From a virus: a DNA stretch of 64,000 nucleotides. Below are positions 57,701-64,000 of the stretch, in pieces. Each line of letters opens with the position of its first letter. The stretch's first letter is position 1. The notes below the pieces were generated by a model, which had not been told where the DNA came from, did no database searches, and was given only the letters and a program-made list of their open reading frames with translations. Location of the stretch: positions 32,001 through 96,000 of IMG/VR virus record IMGVR_UViG_3300021962_000040. The stretch is one strand, 5' to 3'. The translations under genes and the position numbers were made by a program.

Positions 57701-60562
57701 GACAATGTTGAAACAAGAAACAGAACAATTGCCGGGTTAGCATCAAGACTTCAGAAGTTATCTCCTAATAAAAATACTCAAGAGATGTATGACTTCATGC
57801 TTGAGTTTGATGATAATGGTGAGTTTACAGGTAGATATGTTCAAAGACTTGGAAGACAATACTTTCAAAAGCAACAACAACTCAGAGACAAACTTTATGA
57901 TGAAAATGGAAATGCTTTAGAGTATAGAGATATTGATGATGCAAGTACTGCAAGACCTGAAGATCTAGAATTCAACGTTAAGCTTGCAAAAGCTAAAGCT
58001 GATTATGCTGCTTTCTGGGCAGCTGAAAGAGTAGGTTTAGATGATAAACTTATGGATGGTGATTTCCATAAGTATACTGATGAGTTCAAAACAGAAAGAG
58101 CTAAGTTCCAATACTACGTACCTGTAAATGGTAAAGCTGTATGGAGAAGAAAAGCCGGTGTATCAGATAGAGCTTATCAAGTTTACTTGGCCAAATACTT
58201 TAATGAGGTTGAGTATACTTATGCAAAGAAAGATCAGAATGGTAATTACACTGGAGCAATTGTAAGAGAGTCTGTTTTCCAAGCTGTGAAGCCTCAGTAC
58301 AGAATGGCTAATGATTACAATCTACGTACTGGTGAGAGAATGGTTAGCGATAAGTATGAGAAGATTATGAATCCTACTGATGCTCTAGGGCAGACTCAAA
58401 AGGAATTCTATCTTGCTTATCAGGAAATGTATGAGAATCAATTACTTAGCAAATTACCTATGGGATATAGATCTCAGATGTTAGGTAATGTGCCTGTTGT
58501 AAAAGGTAAGTTGTTTCAAGATGTAAAAGCTAAACCAAATATTGTTGGTAAGCTTTGGTCTAAAGCTACAAGAAGTGTTAATAATCTTATATCAGAAACT
58601 GCAGAACAAAGAGGTATTGTACTTGATGAGGATGGTAACTTGGTTGATCAGCTTCCTATCTTCTATACAGGAAGAGCTAGAACTGATGAAGAACTTGCAG
58701 CAATTAATGCTGAGATAAACTCATTAGAGGAAAGAAGAAAGAAAGGTTTGGTTACAAGAGATTCTTATGATAATCAAATGCCTATTCTTAAAGGAAGACT
58801 TGCAACAATTCAGGGAAGACCCTCTAAAGGAGAAATAAATAAAGACATGGGCACAGCTCTTATGAGATTCAGTGCTATGGCGGAACACTATGAAACAATG
58901 TCTTCAGTTGAAGACACTTTCAAAGCATTCATTAAAGTTCTTGAACAACGTTCTTATCAACCTGCAGATCCTTCAGTTACTTTAGGTAAGTGGGCAAAAG
59001 GTAAATTCATACCTAAAGGAAAGAAAGGTGGAGCTCAAAGTAATGTTGTAACTAGAGCAAAGAAATGGATGTCAATGGTGTTCTATGATAATGATAGAAT
59101 TACAAAAGGTTTCCTTGAAAAGGTTACGGATGGATTGATGGAATACTCATCTTTATCATATGTTGCCTTTAACCCATTTGGTAACTTTAACAACTATGCA
59201 TTAGGTAGAATTAACAACTCTATTGAAGCATTGGGTCAAAGATTCTTCTCAGGAAAAGCATATGCCAGAGCTGAGTTTGAATTTAACAAAAGAGCTTTAC
59301 CGGATCTTGTAACAAGACTTGGGTCTGTTGCTAAGAAACCCTTTAATAAAGCAGACTATGATCCAGAAGAAGCTTCTAGTAAGTATGAAGCTTTAGTTGA
59401 TCTATACAGAATGATGGACTCTCAAGCTGAAGTAAGAGAAACTCAATTTGGTCCAGAGCCAATTTCTAAATCTTGGTTTAGAAAAGCAGCAGACTTTGGT
59501 TATGTATTACAAGATGCAGCGGAATACAATGTTCAGACTAAGATTGGTGTAGCCATTCTTATGGATACCTTAGTTATGAATAAAGCTACAGGTGATATGA
59601 TATCTTTGTATGATGCCTATGAGTTTGATTCAGAGACAAAGCAAGCAAAACTAAAAGATGGTTATGATACTATTGTGACCCTTGATAGAAAGAATGTTGA
59701 TGAAGATGGCAAACCTAAAGTAATTAAGGAGAAGAAGTTTACAGATGACTTTAGATATGAACTTAGAAATAAGATCCGTGAGGTAAACAAACAGATCCAT
59801 GGTAACTATGCTAAAGATGACAGAATGGTTATTCAATCATATGCTGTTGGTAGACTTGCTGCACAGTTCCATAAGTGGGTTGCACCTGCAATCAAAGCAA
59901 GATTCCGCAGAGAATACTTTGATGAGAACTTGGGTTGGATGGAAGGTAGATACAGAGCCTTCTGGAAATTCTTAGCATTTAGTACTAAGAAGCTTGCTAG
60001 TTTTCAGTTTGAGTATGGTAAACATACTGAGCAGTTCTTGGAAGAATATGGATACACCGGAGATGGTTCTCAAAGAGATCAAAGAGCCAGAGATAAACTA
60101 TTCAGCACTTATAGAGTATTAGGTGAAATTGGAATCATCATGGTAACAGTTGCTCTTAATGGTATTCTTGCTGCAATGTTTGGTGATGATGATGATGAAA
60201 CAGATCATGAAAAGAGAATGGAAAACTTCTTGAGATATCAGGCTGATAGAACTTATAAAGAACTTATTCTATTTACACCTCTAGGTGCACAGCAGATCTA
60301 TCAAATGTTTAAGTCTCCTATTGCATCTACAAGAACTCTTGGAGAATTTGGTGAGGCTTTATCATTATCTGTAATGACACCGCTTGCATATGTGGTTGAA
60401 GGTAAAGATGATTTTTATGCTGATTCAGATTATGTATACCAGAGAGGTACAAGAAAAGGTGAGCTTAAGCTTTATAAAAACTGGGCTGATGTTGTACCAG
60501 TAATCTATTCTATTAAGAAGTATCAAGAATTCCTTAACCTGACTAACTTCTATATTAAGTAA
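54779..60562 (+). CDS. Large virion cargo protein with PD-(D/E)xK nuclease domain and degenerate zincin
   Basis: 1927 aa; AGSIDILVVLPDGKLRIVDLKT...QVNIY (RecB-like); EEMLH at 55457-55471; hydrophobic segment near the C-terminus. Confidence 0.7.
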   Translation: MACFNRNTQEYKDLLGAFTSNMQVDGIITAWQNVNNTEAFPSVAQANQFLKDKKVAFSLQQRNFAEAVLGNLSRKGLISKYNNSYYVNNSNRSTRAYDATVLKSNLDKVKRYLDINNIPLDAVTFDTTAKSVRISVNESIFTPKDMLESTRGWDRTRSRHVVVHLMRMFPNIKVALVSVSKAQKYYDSLPASQKATMPFENVRSYFDPVANQVVLIEGRVTDETAIEEMLHPFTDALYVDNGALFNSLLNEAKAMFPVLNQQIEDAYSDKRGFNQKHRDLELVTQALTRHFKKEYEENPTKTFLERIKDFFKWFASIVNNLHKYVTGINLNGFKRDSSYYMGDTALMEQEEGVEEEEIIAPIREGIITIDTKDIKPTTTLSDIARLLNTSGIQFNATARADAKIRYSLTPELQTTVDYALRQSNAIQAEVVKRLFHQAQATKEEVGSMAAGMEGPIVVLNEENHVYYNLLDTTETFKSTTERIKGKLSEEDMFNKKLNIDLGNDFDKLLQGLSSDKSLDEVFSQMNILNREQAEKAYLQLQENLREITRGGGVAIPQVVVYDQKSQTAGSIDILVVLPDGKLRIVDLKTSKNSVRDMVLSEQAKAKAGLQGKSRYDQEYKLGDDSDLKRAGIESLSTRAQQGIQVNIYRRMLENMGYEVDMSDMGASTFHVQVGIKGKDAQQEFTGEFRSDEWVSHPASQNALYVDLLVPKNVDAISLEDLEKSIDSALDNPVNWDSELTDSEKIPEDTEFTDPYVEYEVITQALENYRMALTTKLKAMEQIKSAIYMDRTREQTEENILNALSAISMAMAEGPKARAALFTELLRDAFKQIKNFTDYVNNVDNFDKPEYITYVLNFNRFIKTFEGLYSVKDLEGINATQKSLILQLQTQLNNLGVSNSKQEGLINEAITNYVKAQIKNWSTRDDLTEDVLNDLMKHARDIDYMELGTGDLATSRDTILAVMDKIYKTKKQELLDNVETRNRTIAGLASRLQKLSPNKNTQEMYDFMLEFDDNGEFTGRYVQRLGRQYFQKQQQLRDKLYDENGNALEYRDIDDASTARPEDLEFNVKLAKAKADYAAFWAAERVGLDDKLMDGDFHKYTDEFKTERAKFQYYVPVNGKAVWRRKAGVSDRAYQVYLAKYFNEVEYTYAKKDQNGNYTGAIVRESVFQAVKPQYRMANDYNLRTGERMVSDKYEKIMNPTDALGQTQKEFYLAYQEMYENQLLSKLPMGYRSQMLGNVPVVKGKLFQDVKAKPNIVGKLWSKATRSVNNLISETAEQRGIVLDEDGNLVDQLPIFYTGRARTDEELAAINAEINSLEERRKKGLVTRDSYDNQMPILKGRLATIQGRPSKGEINKDMGTALMRFSAMAEHYETMSSVEDTFKAFIKVLEQRSYQPADPSVTLGKWAKGKFIPKGKKGGAQSNVVTRAKKWMSMVFYDNDRITKGFLEKVTDGLMEYSSLSYVAFNPFGNFNNYALGRINNSIEALGQRFFSGKAYARAEFEFNKRALPDLVTRLGSVAKKPFNKADYDPEEASSKYEALVDLYRMMDSQAEVRETQFGPEPISKSWFRKAADFGYVLQDAAEYNVQTKIGVAILMDTLVMNKATGDMISLYDAYEFDSETKQAKLKDGYDTIVTLDRKNVDEDGKPKVIKEKKFTDDFRYELRNKIREVNKQIHGNYAKDDRMVIQSYAVGRLAAQFHKWVAPAIKARFRREYFDENLGWMEGRYRAFWKFLAFSTKKLASFQFEYGKHTEQFLEEYGYTGDGSQRDQRARDKLFSTYRVLGEIGIIMVTVALNGILAAMFGDDDDETDHEKRMENFLRYQADRTYKELILFTPLGAQQIYQMFKSPIASTRTLGEFGEALSLSVMTPLAYVVEGKDDFYADSDYVYQRGTRKGELKLYKNWADVVPVIYSIKKYQEFLNLTNFYIK

Positions 60563-60617
60563 ATTGTAAAGGGGGAGAGACAAGCCAAGCGGGTTGGAGC
60601 CCCGGACCCCTGTACAA

Positions 60618-60983
60618 TCACTCTATAATAATTTGTTTGCTTTTAAGAAAGTCATATAACAGTTCTGTTATATAACCAATTACCCAAGCAGTAGCTTCTT
60701 CATCTGTTATGTTAATAGTTCTGAGTACACTTGAACTAAGATGAAATACTTCATGGGCTATTAGATTGTGAGTAAGCTTGCTTTTAACAAGAACAATATA
60801 ATATTGGAAACGACCTTCAAGGTGGTTCTCAAATACACAACCTTCAGTATCTAGTAGATCTACTTTTGTGATATTGTCATTGACATGCTTGTTTATTATC
60901 TCAATGGAATCACCTATCAAAAGAACAACGGTGGTTTCATACAAGTCAATGGTAAACATGTGTGACAATATTCTGTTTTTCAT
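60618..60983 (-). CDS. Small HExxH protein (putative metallopeptidase)
   Basis: 121 aa; LIAHEVFH...DEEATAW. Confidence 0.6.
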   Translation of the reverse strand: MKNRILSHMFTIDLYETTVVLLIGDSIEIINKHVNDNITKVDLLDTEGCVFENHLEGRFQYYIVLVKSKLTHNLIAHEVFHLSSSVLRTINITDEEATAWVIGYITELLYDFLKSKQIIIE

Positions 60984-61001
60984 ATTATAAATTTTTAATA
61001 T

Positions 61002-61030
61002 AAAAAAAAGGGGAAGTTACCTTCCCCTCT
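61002..61030 (-). terminator. Intrinsic terminator after nrdA
   Basis: Minus strand GGGGAAG-GTAA-CTTCCCC-TTTTTTTT. Confidence 0.8.
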
Positions 61031-61033
61031 TGT

Positions 61034-62659
61034 TTATCCTTCACAGCTTGCACATTCTAATATATTCCTTGCAAATGCCTGTGCACTACTCATACTAAAC
61101 TGATAGTAGAGAGTTTTAACACCTTGCTCATGAGCAAACAAATATAATTGATTAATGTCTTTTGCTGGGACACTAGGGTGAATCATTAAGTTTAATGACT
61201 GTGATTGATCAATATACTTCTGTCTTGCGGCAGCTTGAATAATGATCTCTTTAGGGCTAAGTTCAATGAAAGACTTAAACACAGCTTTGCTTGGGAAATC
61301 CAAGTGCTGAACTGAACCATCTTTCTTTAAGATACTCTCCCAAGTATCCGGTGTATTTAAACCATATTTCTCAAGTTCTGTTTCTAAGAAAGGATTCTTG
61401 TATACTGTTTTGCTTTTAGCAAGATCCTTTATGAAGTAGTTTGATTTGATAGGCTCAATACCCATTGATACTTGACCATGAATAAATGAACTTGATTTAG
61501 TAGGAGCTATTGCAACCAGGGTTGCGTTAGCATATCCAGGTCTAATTGAGGTAATCCCTTTAGTCTCACACAACATTTTAGATGTTGCATCAGATTTATC
61601 TTTGATTGTTTTAAAGATGGATATGTTAGCAAACTTAGCTTCCATAGATTCAAACTCAATTAGCTTAGATTGAAGGTACGAATGATATCCCAAAACACCA
61701 AGACCAATTGCTCTATGTTCTTTAGCAAATCTATGAGCACGTGCCATACCCGGAAGGGTAGCAGCTTTGGTAATGAACTCATCTATAACAGCGTTCAAGA
61801 ATAAAGTGTAGGTTTCAATAGCATCACTCTTTTCAATCTCATCCCAGTGCAATAGATTCAAGGAACCTAGACAACATACAAAAGAATTAAAGCTGTCTGT
61901 AGGAAGTTGAATTTCAGAGCATAGATTAGACGCTGTGATCTCCAAACCCAATTCTTTATAAGGGGAATTATTATTGGAGTTGTCTTTGAACATGATGTAA
62001 GGGAACCCAAATTCATTTCTTCTTTGGATAATCTTGGCCCATACTTTACGCTTCTCAGGGTCTCCGGCTTTCATTTCTTCCAACCAGGCATCACCAACTG
62101 TGATACCATACTGAAGATTCTGAATTAAGTTACCCTCAGTTCCAATATCTAGGAACTCAAGAATGTCTGGATGTTCTACGGGTAAGTACGCTGCACATGC
62201 ACCACGTCTTGCCTCAGATTGTTTACATACATCTACGACAGTGTCATAGATTCTTGCATAATGTACAGGACCATCTGCAGTCCCTCCTGTTGAGATTTCA
62301 GTACCACGGGCTCTGATATTACCCAAGAATACGCTTGTCCCTCCACCATACTTTGACATCATACCTATTTCACGACCTGCATTCAAGATGCTGTCAAGGT
62401 TATCATCTACGTTACTTCCGTAACAGCTGATAGGCAAACCTTTCTGTTTACCAAAGTTGATCCATACGGGTGTGGACAAACTGTAGTAACCACGACCCAT
62501 ATACTCTTCAAACTTCTGAGCAAAGCCAGGAATGCCGAGATATTTCTCAGCAGTCCTAGCAATGTCTTTGATTCTTTGTTCAGGAGATTCACTGATGTAA
62601 CCTCTTGAAAGGAACTTGCGGCTTTCCTCATTAAGCCAATAATACTTAGAATAAATCAT
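61034..62659 (-). CDS. nrdA: Ribonucleotide reductase class I alpha subunit, no ATP cone
   Basis: ISC, SNLCSE, CCLGS, AIAPT, TLYY and C-terminal CASCEG motifs; 541 aa. Confidence 0.95.
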   Translation of the reverse strand: MIYSKYYWLNEESRKFLSRGYISESPEQRIKDIARTAEKYLGIPGFAQKFEEYMGRGYYSLSTPVWINFGKQKGLPISCYGSNVDDNLDSILNAGREIGMMSKYGGGTSVFLGNIRARGTEISTGGTADGPVHYARIYDTVVDVCKQSEARRGACAAYLPVEHPDILEFLDIGTEGNLIQNLQYGITVGDAWLEEMKAGDPEKRKVWAKIIQRRNEFGFPYIMFKDNSNNNSPYKELGLEITASNLCSEIQLPTDSFNSFVCCLGSLNLLHWDEIEKSDAIETYTLFLNAVIDEFITKAATLPGMARAHRFAKEHRAIGLGVLGYHSYLQSKLIEFESMEAKFANISIFKTIKDKSDATSKMLCETKGITSIRPGYANATLVAIAPTKSSSFIHGQVSMGIEPIKSNYFIKDLAKSKTVYKNPFLETELEKYGLNTPDTWESILKKDGSVQHLDFPSKAVFKSFIELSPKEIIIQAAARQKYIDQSQSLNLMIHPSVPAKDINQLYLFAHEQGVKTLYYQFSMSSAQAFARNILECASCEG

Positions 62660-63626
62660 CTTCTGTAATTGCTTTTGATTTTTTGTTATAGTCTATTTGT
62701 TTTTTGTAAAAGAAGTCTCCTTCCTTAGTTGCGGTAATTTCAACCTCAAACCAATGTGTCTGATCTAAAAGATCTTGATCCACGTTGAATAAAGGCTGCA
62801 TGCCAATCTTTCTAAGAGAGTTATTAAATCTATTTTTGATGAAGTTCTTGATGGTCTCTTTTGGAAGGAAGTCTAACTCACCGTTCTCAAAGATCCAATC
62901 CAGGATACCACACTCTGCAGCATACGCTTTCTCACAGGCGGAGTTAATTAAGTCCTCAAACTCTTGGTCAAACCACTCAGGGTTCTCTGCTTTGATGATG
63001 TTAATGATCTCAACGCCAAAGTTGCCATGGATATCCTCTTCTTTACTTGTGGCCTCAACCACATTTGAGATACCTTTAAAAAGATTCTTTTCCTTATTAA
63101 AGGACATCATAATAAGAAACTGGCTGAACAGACTAACGTGCTCAATAAACAATGAGAATAGAAGCACACTCTTGGTGTACATTTTATTGTCTTTGCTGCG
63201 GGAACCATCTAAGTACTTCTTTAGGTACTTGATTCTGTTGCCAATAGCCGGTATGTCAATAACAGTTCTGAACTCTTCTTCAAGACCAAGGATTCTAAGC
63301 AGTCTTGCATAGGCATCCTTATGTCTTACTTCAGACTCAGCAAACGTCATACCCACATCACCTATTTCTGTAATAGGCATTCTCTTGTACATGTCAGCCC
63401 AAAAGGTTTTAACATTAACCTCAATCTGTGCAATTGCCAACATAGTTCTTTTAATTACTTCTCTCTCCTCATCAGTCACTTTGACTCTAAAGTCATCAAT
63501 GTCTGTAGTAAAATTATATTCAGTGTCAATCCAATACGAGTGCCTGATGGCATCCTTATAGGCTAATAACTGAGGGTACTCATAGGGCAAAATGTTTACT
63601 CTAGGTTCAAAAATGTTTCCTTTCAT
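62646..63626 (-). CDS. nrdB: Ribonucleotide reductase beta subunit, class Id-type ligand set
   Basis: Likely start is MKGNIF at 63626 (326 aa). Ligands E69, E99, H102, E162, E197, H200, plus Y106 and K73; C-terminal DFFYKKQIDY. Confidence 0.92.
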   Translation of the reverse strand: MKGNIFEPRVNILPYEYPQLLAYKDAIRHSYWIDTEYNFTTDIDDFRVKVTDEEREVIKRTMLAIAQIEVNVKTFWADMYKRMPITEIGDVGMTFAESEVRHKDAYARLLRILGLEEEFRTVIDIPAIGNRIKYLKKYLDGSRSKDNKMYTKSVLLFSLFIEHVSLFSQFLIMMSFNKEKNLFKGISNVVEATSKEEDIHGNFGVEIINIIKAENPEWFDQEFEDLINSACEKAYAAECGILDWIFENGELDFLPKETIKNFIKNRFNNSLRKIGMQPLFNVDQDLLDQTHWFEVEITATKEGDFFYKKQIDYNKKSKAITEDDLF

Positions 63627-63651
63627 GCATGTGTTATTATTAATGTTAGAG

Positions 63652-63692
63652 AAAAAAAGCTGTGCATTATATCCCAAAAGATGTGCACAGCT
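63652..63692 (-). terminator. Terminator-like hairpin in the nrdB leader
   Basis: Minus strand AGCTGTGCA-(17 nt)-TGCACAGCT-TTTTTT. Confidence 0.5.
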
Positions 63693-63727
63693 AGTACATC
63701 TAATTTAGTAAAATTTAGTCTAGCTAC

Positions 63728-63919
63728 CTAATCTTTCCAGAAAACTTTTATGAAAGAAAACTTGAAAAATAACAGACCTAGTTCCAAACCCCTGACGGGA
63801 CTGTAACTATCATTGCTGCACAAAACGTGGCAGTTTATAAGCCTTAATCCTATCAGAGGCTCTGTAGGTAAGAAGGAGAATGAAAATTGATTGTGGAAGT
63901 CCACTTTGTCTATGCTCAT
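63728..63919 (-). CDS. Hypothetical small protein
   Basis: 63 aa; ATG lies 7 nt downstream of a minus-strand TAAATTTG element. Confidence 0.4.
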   Translation of the reverse strand: MSIDKVDFHNQFSFSFLPTEPLIGLRLINCHVLCSNDSYSPVRGLELGLLFFKFSFIKVFWKD

Positions 63920-63926
63920 AAGATTG

Positions 63927-63934
63927 CAAATTTA
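63927..63934 (-). promoter_or_regulatory. Bacteroidota-type -7 promoter element facing the nrd cluster
   Basis: Plus-strand CAAATTTA = minus-strand TAAATTTG. Confidence 0.4.
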
Positions 63935-63973
63935 AAATATTTGATGAATTATAGTTAGAAAAAGATAAATTTA

Positions 63974-63991
63974 TTTTGTATATTATAGTAT
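63974..63991 (+). promoter_or_regulatory. Putative phage late promoter motif (divergent, points out of the window)
   Basis: TTTTGTATATTATAGTAT, identical to 17216-17233. Confidence 0.55.
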
Positions 63992-64000
63992 ACGACAGAT

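Noticed and set aside
1245-63566. Short antisense or alternate-frame ORFs in the track (e.g. 1245-1487, 45394-45831, 54130-54543, 62785-63312)
   Set aside because: They lie within long genes and show the composition expected of shadow frames, with no motifs.
855-63626. Inteins or group I introns in MCP, RNAP or nrdA/nrdB
   Set aside because: ORFs are continuous; no intein splice motifs or LAGLIDADG/HNH ORFs were recognised.
63627-63677. 17-aa N-terminal extension of NrdB in the ORF track
   Set aside because: It overlaps the terminator-like hairpin, and ligand numbering fits a start at 63626.
1-64000. Stop-codon reassignment (TAG or TGA), known in some crAss-like phages
   Set aside because: Genes up to 15 kb are uninterrupted in code 11, and TAG (16781, 22150) and TGA (54775) act as stops directly before the next gene.
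1-64000. tRNA or rRNA genes
   Set aside because: Intergenic gaps are short and no cloverleaf or T-loop signature was seen.

Overview
This window is a contiguous piece of a large, AT-rich crAss-like (Crassvirales-type) phage genome, probably infecting an aerobic Bacteroidota/Flavobacteriia host. It uses the standard genetic code. Bases 1-60562 form one + strand virion module in the crAss-like gene order: scaffold-like gene, major capsid protein, conserved capsid/ring genes, a Dps/ferritin-like gene, a long Cys-rich tail-fibre cluster (one fibre ends in a peptidase-S74 chaperone), a metallophosphoesterase, an IHF-like gene, ring/tube proteins, a 2042-aa tail stabilisation/muzzle protein with a vWA insertion, ejected cargo proteins, a 5156-aa virion RNA polymerase polyprotein (GADFDIDK) and a 1927-aa cargo protein with a PD-(D/E)xK nuclease. 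A - strand nrdB-nrdA pair with class Id (Mn-type) ligands closes the window. The most unusual observations are: near-absence of TCG/CGA trinucleotides; a short 'xxGG/AQxG' motif repeated through the cargo proteins; the vWA cassette in the muzzle; a repeated intergenic TTTTGTATATTATA promoter-like motif; and an unannotated 54-aa Cys/His mini-protein. All calls come from motif reading and gene order by eye; no searches were run.
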